Shown: positions 1 through 12,675 of the stretch, one piece after another
Layout of the letters: every line of letters begins with the position of its first letter
Position numbering within the stretch: position 1 is the first letter of the stretch
Origin: Gracilinanus agilis
Lineage: Eukaryota
Assembly: GCF_016433145.1 (NCBI RefSeq)
Contig: NC_058134.1
Location: 35,065,574-35,129,573 of the forward strand
Direction of reading: 5' to 3'
DNA: 64,000 nt
The notes under the pieces: model-generated
Seen by the model: only the letters and a program-made list of their open reading frames with translations
Told to the model about the DNA's origin: nothing
Databases searched by the model: none
Position numbers and translations under genes: made by a program

Positions 1-299
1 TGTTCTTTTAAAATGTATTATGCTCATCCATTGATGTAAATAAACATTAAGTTTCTAGTCTGCATAATGCATTGTGTATGGTCCTGGAGTCTCCTTCACT
101 CATAGGAAAGACTATGTCAGGCAAGGAACACTTTGGTGACTAAATCATTCGAATGCTAATTTTGAGGTGAATCTGAACCTTCTTTTCTTGAATGAAATGA
201 ACACATTTAGTGGCATAGAAACAGACATTTCTGACACTCCTTACTTTGGTCTCTAGATGGGTTAGAAAAGCAAATCACAAAGCATGAGTTTCTCCTTCC

Positions 300-1010
300 T
301 CTTTTGACAGTCAATAAACACGTATTAAATTCCTACTATGTGCCAGGCACTATGCTATGCACTATGGATATAAAGAAAAGTAAAAGAAAGCTTGTGCTCC
401 CGAGGATCTGATGGTATTTGGGGAAACAACATGCATCCAACTATGTTTATAAAGAAACTAATATACAGGATAAATTATAGGAAATAACAGGGTGGGGGGA
501 AGCACCAGAATTAAGAGGAATTGGGAATGGCTTCCTTCCTATAGAAGGTGAGGTTTTAGCTAGGAATTGAAGAAAGCCATGGAAGAAAAGAGGAGGAGAT
601 GAGGAGGGAGCACATTCTTAACAGGAGGTACAGCCAATGAAAATTCCTGGTGTTGGGCAATCCAGTGCCTTGTTCAAGATGTTAAGGTCATCCACTGCAT
701 CTGGGGCCATTACCAGACATCCTGACTTTTGACTTGTCATTCAATTTCAGGCTCTCTGGAAGAGAGAAGGAGACTGAGCACTCTGTGCAATTGCCTCACT
801 CAAATCCAACTCGTGCATGTCAACACATCACCTAGAGATGGCATTGTTCAAAAACAATAATGATAAAGCCTTGTTTGGGGAATAGTAGAGTCCAGTGTCA
901 TTGGATTACCCAATACATGGAGAGGTATAAAGTGTAAGAAGATTAGAAAGGTGGAGGAGGACAAATTATAAAGTTTCAAAAGCCAGTTTGAAGGTTGTAT
1001 ATTTGATCTT
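300..1010 (-). mobile_element. L2 LINE 3' fragment, interrupted by an RTE-related element
   Basis: Reverse complement of the L2 3' end (aataaacacgtattaaattcctactatgtgccaggcactatgct); L2-like sequence resumes at about 870. Confidence 0.7.
660..865 (+). mobile_element. RTE-related marsupial retroposon 3' end (RTE or RTE-mobilised SINE)
   Basis: Reverse-complement match to the element at 53853-54395 (ggatgactggcaatg, ttggatttcagtgaggca). Family name and orientation are inferred. Confidence 0.55.
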
Positions 1011-1014
1011 GCTT

Positions 1015-1145
1015 TGGTATTCATGTCTAGCCTCTTATGACCGTGAATGAGTCACTTTTCCTTCCTGGGCTTCATTTCTTCATTTGAAAAGTGAAAAGGT
1101 TAGACTATATGGCCTCTAAAGTCACTTCTAGCTCTAAGTTAATGG
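1015..1145 (+). mobile_element. MIR3-type CORE-SINE fragment
   Basis: CORE sequence followed by a MIR3-type tail (ggttagactatatggcctctaaagtcacttctagctcta). Confidence 0.65.
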
Positions 1146-1730
1146 TCTTATAATCCTTCCCAATTAGAGACATATCTGGTACCAGGGAATTCTTGGAATT
1201 ATGTCACTGACTTCCCACCTGGGACCCTGCTTGAATTCATTCTTTCTGAAATGGAATGTGATTCTCTGAATGAGAATGGCAGTTTCCTTTGATAGAATTG
1301 ATCGAGTTTCCTTTTGGAAACATCTGGCCAAATTAGACACAAAGGAATAGGATAGAGGAGCAAATAATGAAGCATTACTTGCTTACCTTATAAGATTCCT
1401 GAAACAATAGATAATAAATACACAGTATTTATTAATGGGAGTAAGATCTGAACTTTGGACTAATCTCATATGAAGCACTTATAGAGGACAGAATGATGAA
1501 TTGGGACTGAGAGGGTCTGGATTCCAGTAATAGCTGTGACAATGACAAACCATGTGATCTTGGGTAAGTCATACCTCTAATATACAAGTCTGGTGTCAAT
1601 TCAATCAGATTTTGTTCCCAAATCAAGACAATTTTGACAATTACTAAAGATAGATTTTTCCAAAAGACAAAAAGCTAAGAAGTTGTTGATATGCCCATCA
1701 TTCCTGAATATTCAAATATATGCACACACA

Positions 1731-1733
1731 CTA

Positions 1734-1766
<33 letters not shown>
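1731..1766. repeat. (TA)n microsatellite
   Basis: Seen directly. Confidence 0.9.
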
Positions 1767-1929
1767 TTTGCAGCCTCAGAATAACAAAAAGCAATAAAAA
1801 AGATTTAAATACAAAAAAGTTACACTTTTTATTTGCATAATAGCAGTACATTTATTTTCCTCTCAGTCCTCAGAGTGACTTTGCGATGTCAATCACAGAT
1901 TCAGAATTTTAGAGAAAGGTGTAACCCTT

Positions 1930-2555
1930 GCTGTTTTTGTGTAGTTCTTCAGTCACATCTGATTCTATATGACCCCATGGATAAAGTTTAAGTTACTTGA
2001 CCAAGGTCACACAGCTAATAAGTATCTGAGGTCAGATTTGAACTCAGATCTTCCTGACTGTGGGCCTGGTGCTCAATCAATTGTATATCATCTTGTTGCC
2101 CAAGTAAACTTAGAAATCAGCCATTCTAACAATTTTTTTTACAGATGAAGAAAGTGAGGGTCAGAAAGAGAAAATGAATTGCCTAAAGTCACAATCTAAT
2201 TAGGGGTCTTAAATTTAGTTTTCCCAACTCCTAATTCAATGCTTCATTCACAACTATAGGGCAGGCATCATTATCAACATACTGGATGAGGTGCCATGTT
2301 GGGCAAAGAAACTATAGGAATAAGGACTGAACTTGTGCTTTCATTGGAATAGGGAACTCTTGGGTGAAGGAACTCCCTTTAGTAACACAGGTCTGTAATT
2401 TCTCTGCAATTTATGTTTCTTATAGAATTTATATTCTTAGAGATTCTTAGAGCAATGAAAGATTAATTGACTTGCCCAAGGCCACCTAGTCAATATGGGG
2501 AAGACTTGAAATCATGTCCTTTCTGACTTTGAGGCCAATTCTCTATCCTCTACAA
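1930..2555 (-). mobile_element. Cluster of three MAR1/MIR-type CORE-SINE fragments
   Basis: Reverse CORE motif (ttgaccaaggtcacacagctaataagtatctgaggtcagatttgaactcag) and related motifs at about 2140-2230 and 2460-2550. Confidence 0.7.
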
Positions 2556-3949
2556 ATTCAGAGACTTGTCAATGATCATACAGCTATTTGTTTCCTGGCA
2601 TATCTAGGACTAGACCCTAGTCCTACAGTGGTTCTATTTGTCATGACAACTTTCTGTGACTCAGGTAAGACAGGTCAAGTTGTGTTAAGTAAAACCCCAT
2701 ACCAGAAGTAAAGATAAACTGTTATGGCCCATTCATTATAGGGATTACATATTTTTCTTAATTAAAATGAAAGTCTTCGGAATCCATTTCCCCCAAAACT
2801 CAATATCCTACATTCTCTATTGTTAGCATCTTACACTGAGAAGTGAAAAAAAACACGAAGAAAAACAATTTCAAGGTGATTTTCCTCACTATGTAGAGAT
2901 ATGGAGATGGTAAAGGGCAGAATATTCTTTAAAGAATTGCTACTAGATAGGAGTAGAGAGTGAGAAAAAAGATCATCCAACTTCTTGAGGCACATAGAAA
3001 CCTGGCACGTTTGTTCTTTCATTTTTAGGGCTCATGTCAAATTGCTTTGCTATGCTGAAAGACAAAACATGTTATAATTTCCTACTGAAGAAAAAAACAC
3101 CTTAATTTCATGGTTCACGTATTGTCATGTGGAACAGAGAACTGAAGATCTGCCAGGCATCCAAACCCTGATTTGGCAGAGACAAAAGCTTCTTTTATAA
3201 GTAATCTTTGTACCTAAAATCACACTAATTTCCACAAAACAAGGGTAAAAGTCCATAATCCCATAAATAAATGTGCTGTTTTGAAGAAATCAGAGTTCTC
3301 AGGTGAAGAAGCCTGAAAGCCTACTTAAAATTTTTCTGTTCTCTTTCTGGTAGGATGTGAAAGGGAGGGAATTGGCCAACTTTTGTTTTTTAAGAAAACT
3401 AAATTTATTAGAAACATTAAGGCAGTGAATACATTTGGACATGAACCTTTTCATACCCATAGGGCTTTGTGGAGTTGCTGAAATTTTACTCAAGATAATG
3501 AAAGGAAGAAGAACAGCTGGGACTGGAGTAATGACTGTTGGAGGCCACTCAGTATTGAAGGCACTCTGGGGCTAAGGCTCAAGATAACTCAAAGTAGGCC
3601 AAATTCCAAAAGAATGAAAAAGGTCACAAAGAATGGAAAAACAAATGTAAGCTCAACAGAATCTAAAGCTCCTTGAGGACAAGGACTATCTTATTTTTGC
3701 ACCTATTGCATTAATATGTGCATAGTTTTTAACAAGCATATACTAAGAATCTGTGTGCAAAGCATTGTTCTAAGCTTTGGGGATAAAAAGTCAAATGTAA
3801 AGAATCTCTTGCTCTCAAAGAACTTACATTCAGAAACAAAAAATCTACACGCCATTTCTCAGATTTAGCAACTCAGAATCTGTGTAATGAAATATAACCT
3901 TGAATTATCTTCTTAGAGAATGTACCTTTAAAGACACTTTCAAAATCAT

Positions 3950-4830
3950 GATTCCATGATGATTAGGACCAGTGATCAATATATTAAGTGACCTGCTGAA
4001 TAGCAGCACCAAATAAAGTGTTCAACAGGGAGATTATGTATTCAACAAGAGTCAGTATCATGGAAAATGTTCTGTATAAGGTCAAAATAAAGGAAGGCTC
4101 TCTCAGGAATAGTGAGGTTCTCATATGTTCCTCTTTGTAAAAGACATCTTGATGATTTGAATTAAGTTCCATCACACTACAAAGCTTCTTCGGAGAAACC
4201 AACAACAAGATGAAAGAGAATGGTTTAACTATTCACACTTAAGAAACTAAGTGGATGAAAAATGTCTATTAGGCATACCTCTGGACAGGCAACCCATTGA
4301 AATCTGTCAATGTGTAGATTCTAGACAAACACTGTGGAAGGATAATGATTTGGGCCCAAAATTGAGTAGAAGAAAAAGAGTAGTCTATATCACATTTAAG
4401 AAGTTGCTCAGCACTTCCATGATCCCAAACTACCTGCCATTAAAAAGAGCATTCTATTTGATTCTTATGTATTCTTGGTGATGGAAGCAATTTAAAAGAA
4501 AAAATTTCCCTATTGATCCACACAGTGATGGAATTATCAGTATTGAACAAATAGAATCCTGTTTGCATGTGGTCAAATGTAGCTTGTGTAAAAAAAAGAA
4601 GCAAAATAGAATAATGATCATACATATGAACAATAAAGGAGTTAGAGAGGTCTTATGCAAGAATGAAAATAGCAAACATAAGATACAGTTCTAATGGTAA
4701 ATTAAAATCTTTTTTTACAAAGAATAAGAAAGTCTATAGCATGTTTGGGTTGATTATATGAAAGATTTATGAGATAAAAATGGACAAGAATTATTATGCT
4801 TAAGAAGACAATGATGTTCTCAATCAGCAA
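3950..4830 (+). mobile_element. Degenerate RTE-clade LINE: RT domain to 3' end
   Basis: Broken translation gives SVQQGD (QGD motif), HMFLFVKDILM (decayed LFADDIVL), ENGLTIH..TKWMK and NDLGPKLSRRKR, with stops and frameshifts. Confidence 0.75.
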
Positions 4831-5189
4831 AATGAAAGAAATCACTTTTTTGGGTGAAATTAGTGATTTCTCTGTTTAAGTGCTGTCCAGGTAAATAAAT
4901 TCCTTCTACCAGTATAAATCATAGCTTTTTTACAACTGCTTTTTATTTGATATCTTATAATATCAATGAAATAGCTGTAAATCACTTAGCACAGTGTCTG
5001 ACACATAGAAGACACTTAATAAAGTATTTTTCCTTTCTCTTCTCCATTATAGTCTTCCAAACTTATCTGTGAGCCCTGGGATATTATGTAACTTTCCTGC
5101 AAAGACATAGCTAGTATGTGTCAAGAGGAAAACCTGAACCTAAGTCTTTCTGAATCTATGGATGGCTCTCTATCTATTCTATCACAATG

Positions 5190-5600
5190 TCTTGCCTAGA
5201 GAAGAGAAGGCTTAGACAGAACGTGAGAGCTGCCATTAAATATTTGAAAGATTATCATATGGAAGAAGGAATAAACTTTTGTTTGACCCATGAGGGAAGA
5301 ACTAAAGGAAATTAATGGAAACTGGAATGGAGTGCCTTCAGACAAGGAAACACTTTCTAATAGCTAAAGCCATCACAAAGTGGAATGGACTACCTCAAGA
5401 AGTGGTGGGATCCATCTTATTAGGATTTTAAAGGAAAAAAATGGATGTTTGTTCCTATGTTGTACATCTTTCCTAGAGAAACCATATATATATGTAGTGT
5501 GTGTATGTGTGTGTACAAATACATAAACACATATGTATAACTAGATGCCCTCAAGGTCCCTTTCAACATAAAAAAATCTTTCAATATAAAAAATCAACAT
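5190..5600 (+). mobile_element. CR1/L3 LINE 3' fragment
   Basis: CR1-type 3' sequence (actttctaatagctaaagccatcacaaagtggaatggactacctcaagaagtggtgggatcc; tagatgccctcaaggtccctttcaac). Confidence 0.7.
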
Positions 5601-5787
5601 AAAAATCTATGACCAGGGAAATCACAAATTCAAAGCAAGACAAGTGTAGTGTCTTTGAAACTGGATAGCTTAACTCTTCCATTTCTCCTTTCCTCCCTTG
5701 CTCTTTGACTTTCACCTCTTTATTTGCTTAGACATGGTTCTTGCTTGGATTAGGTACTCTGGAAAATAAAGTTACCTATATAATTCC

Positions 5788-5945
5788 TTTAAAAAAACCT
5801 TACTTTATGTCTTAGAATCAATACTCTGTATTGGTTCTAAGGCTGAAGAGTGAAAGGGATAGGCAATGGGGGTTAAGTGACTTGCACAGGATCATAGAGC
5901 TAGGAAGTGTTTGAGGCTAGATTTGAACCCAGGATCTCTCACCTA
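5788..5945 (-). mobile_element. SINE1_Mdo-like SINE, 5'-truncated
   Basis: Matches the other copies in the window (ccttac...cttagaatcaatactctgtattggttctaaggc...gcaatgggggttaagtgacttgc). Confidence 0.85.
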
Positions 5946-7929
5946 TCATATATTCTAAATGGAAATTCTTAAAGAATTGGACCATGATAGAATATATAAT
6001 ACTAAATACTAAAAATAAATTCACTTTCTTTGACAATTTTGAAGGCACTTCTGACATCTTGCTTTGCCCCAGAGTGACCTTATTGTACCACAGATGTGTA
6101 GGTATTATTTGTTAGAATGCTGTATAATTGAAAGTTTATCATGAATGTACTTTACATCTACAGTATCATTAGCTCTGAAAAATAATAGTAAACTTTTCTC
6201 CTGTGTGCTAAAATGGCTATTAAAATAACATTAAAAGCATGAAAGTAAAATAAATTATTCTACCTTATTATTCTTGAAAGTCCTATAAGAAGAGAGTCAA
6301 GAACTATTAAATTTGACACCCCATGAATTGGTAGAATTTTTTTCCCTTTTTACTAGTTCATATGACACAGAGAGAAGAATTTTTAAAAATCCTATTGGCT
6401 TCCTCATTAAAGAAATATAATATTGTAATGGGTTAGGGAAAGAGCAAGAAGATGTTTACTAGATAACAATAATGAATATTCCAGCTTTTCTACTTGTTTA
6501 ATGATGCATGAAACAAATAACAGGAAGAGTCAAAATGACACAAAACAAATCAGAGGTCCTAGAAGATGCTAATCATACATTAGCTTTCTACTTGTGCTCA
6601 CTCATGCACATGTATGCAAATACTGGTTATCATTGAATATGATAATTTTCTGAGTTTGAAACAACCTCAGATTAGATAAAGAAAAATAAACTGGTTAATC
6701 AAGGGGTCAAGAAGAGCCCCGAGGTCCATCAATCTTGATGGTAAGAAATGAACTAAAAAAAAATAAAAGAAACCAAACAAACAAACAAACAAAAAAAAAC
6801 TTGTGATTGAGTTGGGTACTGGAAACTCCAAGTGAGGAAACACCTTCTCTCTACCAATCACACTTGTTCCATGACTTAGAGTCTCAGTGAGTTGCGGTTG
6901 TTATAAGTATTTGAGATTGGTTGTAAAGGCAGTGATTATAGATATTGATCATAAATATCAGTGGAATGATATTTTCACTCCATTCCACCCAGCAATGGGA
7001 GACAGCTTTATTATATAATAGTCCACAAAGTTGACCCCTGAGAATGCAGACATGATAGGTCCCTGGTTCAATGACTTTAAGAAGCTCATAGTTGAATCCT
7101 ATTATATAATTTAGGGTGATCTCTACAGGTTCAGAGCAACCTTTAGAGTATTTAAAAATACTAATTCTCTAAAATGGAATGAATAGCAGTCCATTGAAGT
7201 CTACAATCTCTTCAGACTTTTTTCCTAGGCTTCTTGTGAAAACCAGACAAAGTATCCCTGCAATATTCTGGAGCTCTTCCTCCATTTTCCTAGGCATTTT
7301 GAGACTAGATGTAGAGAATAGAAATGTCCATTTTTTATACCTTTGTAATTTTAAGCCGTGAAATAGACCGTTGCTAATTTATAATTAGACAGCAGATGAA
7401 CAATATAGTTTGCTGACTTTAGGACTTCATTCCTCCTGATTATTTTGGCTTGTCTTTGAAAGCACTTCTCACTTCTTAATTGTTGTTCTCTCTACGTAGG
7501 AAATATTCTAAAAATATTTGCATCAAAATGTGATTCTTGGAACAATTATTTCGTTATTGTAATTTTAGAAAGCCAAATATCATGACAGTATATTACACCT
7601 CCAAGAGATTCATAAAACTCGACTTTAGAGAAAGTGATTCTTCTAATACATCATGATATCTGTTTTTTCTTTTCTACCCACTCCTATATAGAAACAGAAG
7701 GTCAAGAACCAAGTTATTGCTATTATTTCCTACTTAGCCAAAAAAGTAAGTAGTTTCATCCCAGCATCTATCAAACACTAGTTCAGCAATTTAATTGTTC
7801 CTATCAACCTGGAACAAAGTGAGTCTCAACTTTAATGTGATATTTTCATCTTGTTTCTGTTTTCATTGCAAAAAGAATGACCTTTTCACTGAATATTATA
7901 GAACAAAAATGACTAATATGGAGTTGATA

Positions 7930-9155
7930 TGTTAAGAGGGCACCTTACTGCCCTTGATAAATTCATGTTGCCTGGTTCAGATGAACTACACCCTTGCATA
8001 ACTAAAGGTCTGGCAGAAGTGATTGTTGAGCCACTGTCAGTGATACTGAAAATGTCATAAAAAGCAGGAGAGGTTCTATGAGATTGGAGAAGGGCAAATG
8101 TCCCTCTTTTTTAAAGAAAGGAAGAGATAAGAGGGTGTAAGTGATAGGCTAGAGAGCTTGACTTCTATTTCTAGGAAAATTCTACAAAGAATTCATTAGA
8201 TATGATTGGCAAACACTGAGAAAAGGAAGCAGTAATTATACAAGGATGTATTCATCAGGTACAGGTCATGCCAGACTAATCTCACTTCCCTTATTTTGTC
8301 AGGATTACTAAACTAGTATATAAAGGGAATGCTGTGGGAAGAGTTTACATACATTTTAGCAAGGCTTTTGACAAAAATCTTTCATGCAAAATTACTGGAT
8401 GGATTCAAAGAAAAGTTACTGGTTCATTGTGGCAAGTTGTCAATGGAGCTTATCCAGAATCTATGCTGGGCCATGTGCCTCTAAGCATTTTTATCAATGA
8501 ATAAGAGGAGCAGGAAGATGTAAAGGGAAGGGGAGGGGAAAGAAAGGGAAACAGGACAAAGAGAATTATAGAAGAGAGGAAAGAGAGTAGAGGGAATAAA
8601 AGGAAGAGAGAGGGAGAGAAAGTGGGNNNNNNNNNNNNNNNNNNNNNNNNNNNNNNNNNNNNNNNNNNNNNNNNNNNNNNNNNNNNNNNNNNNNNNNNNN
8701 NNNNNNNNNNNNNNNNNNNNNNNNNNNNNNNNNNNNNNNNNNNNNNNNNNNNNNNNNNNNNNNNNNNNGAACTGCAAGTTTAGTATGAGTTGGTAGGGTA
8801 ATATAAGAGCTGAGAAATGGAATTGTTTGAGGATCTGGAGATGTTTAGCCTTAAGATGAAAATATTTGGGAAACCATAATAGCTGTCTTAAAATGTTGAA
8901 AAGGCTGTCACATTGTCACATAGAGGAAATATTAGACTTACTCTGTTTGGCCTAAGGCCAATTTAGAATCAGTATCAGAAAAAACTGCCTAACAATTGGA
9001 GCTGTCCAAAGTAGGATGGACAGTCTGGAGAGGCAGGAAGTCCCCCTTCCTTTCAGGTTTTTGGCTAAGAGCTATATAGCCACTTATGAATTATTATCTT
9101 GGTAAGGTTGCTTTTCATTTATGGTTTGGGTCAGATAGCAGCTCATGGTGTCCTT
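7930..9155 (+). mobile_element. CR1/L3 LINE RT fossil plus 3' end, split by a purine tract and a gap
   Basis: Degenerate CR1 RT peptides: PGSDELHP, LAEVIVEPLSVIL, DWRRANV, CQTNL, FSKAFDK, and a decayed QGS-LGP-LFNIFIND at about 8455-8500. The 3' part resumes after the gap at 8627-8768. Confidence 0.85.
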
Positions 9156-10067
9156 TTAACTCAGATTCTTATACATGACTAAAAATCCAGCTGTACCATT
9201 CAAATAACCTGAAACAGTTAATTCAATCAACATTATGGATAGTTCCTAATGAGTGTGAATAATGATTTGACTTGTGGTTGTATAGAGTTGAATTTTCACC
9301 ATTTGAAATTAAAATTATGTAAGATATGTTAATTATTTCCAACCCAATAGAATATATAAGGCTATTTAAGTAATGCTACCACTTAAAAGATATTCATTAT
9401 TTATACTATTTGGGATATAGCCATATTAATCTCTTAGTATGTTCAAGGTGCTGTGCTAAGCATAGATTTAAAAAAGGACAAAGTCCCTGCCATTAAGGAG
9501 CTTATATCACACTTAAAATCCTGTTTCAAGACAAATGTTACTAAAATGTTTTCCAAATTTTTAAAGAACTTTTGTTTAGCCTCCTAAATAAAAGAAGACA
9601 ACACTCTACTTTTTTCTGTTTATTATTATTATTTCTGTGAGAGGCTCAACGAAGTATTTCAATTAGGGAAGAGGCAACTTAGGCTAGAACAGCAGCATGA
9701 TGCTCATCATGAAACCTCTCGTATTACTATGGATTTTCTTTGAGGATAAGAAGATAGTTATCATAGCCTTGAGTAGATAACACCAATGATGTTTCTAGAG
9801 CTGGGTCTCTCCAAAGAACACAGAGCAGACAAGTAGACCCCCAGTCATCTGACAGCTCATCTAATCCCAAATACTGTTGTAGTAATTATAGATGAAAACA
9901 ACAACAATGATAATAATAATTTCTCACATTTCTCTAGCACTTTAAGGTTTGCAAAGTTCTTTATAGATATTATATCATTACTTCTTCTCATTGGGTACAG
10001 ACTATAGGCTTTGATCAGGATCCACAAAGCTTTGATCTAGTTTTTCCTGGGAGTTGTGAATCTAGAG

Positions 10068-10405
10068 CAGTGGTTCCCAAACTTTTTTGGCCTACTGCCC
10101 CCTTTCCAGAAAAAAATATTACTTAACAGCTCCTGAAAATTAATTTTTTTAAATTTTAATAGCAATTAATAGGAAAGTTATATGTATTAATGTTTCTACC
10201 TTTTTTGTAAAATGTAGTAAAGAAAAGTGTAAATTAGAAACATTGAACTTTGAAATTATGAAACTATTTATTGAACTCAGAATAGAATGTAATACAAAAA
10301 AAATTAAAATATTCGAAATCCTAAATGCACCTGTGGCCATTACTGCTCTCCTGGATCGCTGCAGCATCCACCAGGGGTCGGTGGCACCCACTTTGGGAAT
10401 CACTG
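10068..10405. mobile_element. hAT/Charlie-type MITE, 338 bp, with TIRs and a perfect 8-bp TSD
   Basis: TIRs cagtggttcccaaa / tttgggaatcactg (13 of 14 match). Flanks ATCTAGAG at 10060-10067 and 10406-10413, fitting the Charlie NTCTAGAN target preference. Confidence 0.92.
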
Positions 10406-11879
10406 ATCTAGAGAACTCTTTAATGAATGATATCTTAATTTTTCCATTAGCCTATCAAATCCTCATTGACTAAAGGTTCGCATTTTCCCTCTCAAATGCC
10501 TTAATAGTTGCCTCTCATATCTATATTTTGAGCCAATTCAACATAATAGCAATATTTATAGTTGCCCTGATTGATCGCTATAACACTCAAATATCGATAA
10601 GGCACCAATGGTCTCAACCACTTCATCTAGTTATATATTAAGAATCTGTCATGGTCTCCCCTCACGCAATACTCTTGCACAGAGAAGCTCAAAGGTCTAA
10701 CTCAACTCTGTGAGTTGTAATTCCAGCATGATCCCAACTGTCCCTTTCTTCCAAATCAAACAGATTCACACCTGAAGGCCATCTGCCACTCTTTTGCTTA
10801 GGGTTGACATTTAAGCAAACAAACATTCCAATGGTCACATAAGTATATTGACATGCAGTACTAGAGTGAGAAACTTGACTAACCACCCCTCAACTTCTAT
10901 ATACTTTTCTAACTTCTTTACACTCAACTCTGCACTCAAGAACTCAGCCACAATACTCAGGGCCTTCCTAGAATCATAGTTATATTACCAGCAGAAGATC
11001 CAGATGGGTTCAGTCAGACCAACAACCATTTATTAAGCATCAACTACATGTTAGATACTATGCTAAATGCTAGGAATACAGCAAAAGGTAAAAATAGCTC
11101 CTCAAGATCTTGTAATCTAATGTTATGGTGAAAGGAGCACTAGCTCTGAAGTCGAACAACCTTGGTGCTAATCCTAACTTTGTAAATTATGACATAAGGC
11201 TTTATGCAAGTCACATATCCCCTCTGAGCATCAATTTGCCCAAATATACTTGTAAATGGCTTCTGATATCTCTTCTAGGTCTATATTTTTGATTCTTTTT
11301 CTACCCAAACATCTGGATATTGTATGTGTGGGTTTATGTGTATATGTGGCAATGCCAGTAGGGAGAAAGTGGTAAATATGAACTCAATCTACTAAGTTCT
11401 ATGGTTGTTAAATCCTTTGCTTTTATACATGAAAAATATAGGATAGAGTAAGGGAGACATTAGGATGATTTCTGATTTTCTAGAGTTTTAGAAATTGATT
11501 GATGCAACAGCTGCAAAATAAAAATCACATAGGGACAAGGAATAATCATGGTCCAGGGCAGTACAAGAAAGACAGAAAAAAAAACCCACCAACAGGTGCT
11601 GACCCCAGGGAGAATACAAGTTTACTGTCTTTCTTACCCACTCTTTTTCTTTGCTATATTTCAGGAAAATAACATTTTTGTTATGCTGAAAGACTATGAC
11701 AGCCCTTGGGACAAGCTCTAGGATGCAGTGAATTATGAGTCTCAGGAGTCTTTAAATTAATCCATCCACCCATCCATTCATCCAATTGCTTCCTTATTTT
11801 ACTTATAATTGTTCTCTAGCTGATGGAAGCTATAGTGGAAAGAGGCTCCAATTCACCTCATGCTCAGCTCACTCCTCAG

Positions 11880-12169
11880 AATTCTTTCCCTTATTCCCAG
11901 GAATCTTGCCCTTGCCTTGGCCCTGAAGCCTGCCTTTTTTATTGTGGAGGCCTGATCCTAGATTATCACTTCATTAGGGACCCCAGTAATATTCTCTTTA
12001 CTACTAACTCAATTCATTCCTTTGACTTCTCATAAAAATCTTGCTCCTCTTTGTTTTCCAGCTCCCCATTATGTGTTGCCTTTCTCCACTAGAATGTAAG
12101 CTCTTTCAGGGCAGAAACTGTCTTGTTTGTTTTTATTTTTATCCCTAGCATTTTGCTAAGGATGTAGTA
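11880..12169 (+). mobile_element. L2 3' fragment
   Basis: L2 tail ctagaatgtaagctctttcagggcagaaactgtcttgttt...atccctagcatt. Confidence 0.7.
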
Positions 12170-12473
12170 NNNNNNNNNNNNNNNNNNNNNNNNNNNNNNN
12201 NNNNNNNNNNNNNNNNNNNNNNNNNNNNNNNNNNNNNNNNNNNNNNNNNNNNNNNNNNNNNNNNNNNNNNNNNNNNNNNNNNNNNNNNNNNNNNNNNNNN
12301 NNNNNNNNNNNNNNNNNNNNNNNNNNNNNNNNNNNNNNNNNCAGTCTTCCTTTCCTCAGCTGTGAAAAGGAGATATCATTTTGTAACGATGCTGGGTCAA
12401 GGGTCAGATAAAATAATGTATGTAAATATTTTGTAAGTTTTGCAAGTGTTGCATGCCAGCTATTACTGTTTTT

Positions 12474-12675
12474 CTTCTTTTTTTTAATCTTTACCTTCTA
12501 TCTTAGAATTGATACATGTTTCAGTTCCAAAGCAGAAGATCAGCAACCGATAGGCAATTGGGGATAAATGATTTGCCCAAGGTCACACAGCTAGGAAGTA
12601 TCAGAGGCCAAATTTGAATGCAGGTCCTCTGGACTCCAGGCCTGGCACTCTAAACATTGAGCCACAACCTGTCCC
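12474..12675 (-). mobile_element. Older SINE1_Mdo-related SINE
   Basis: Same architecture as the other SINE1 copies but more diverged. Confidence 0.8.

Noticed and set aside
8481-8777. 98-aa ORF
   Set aside because: Made of a gap and a purine-rich low-complexity tract.
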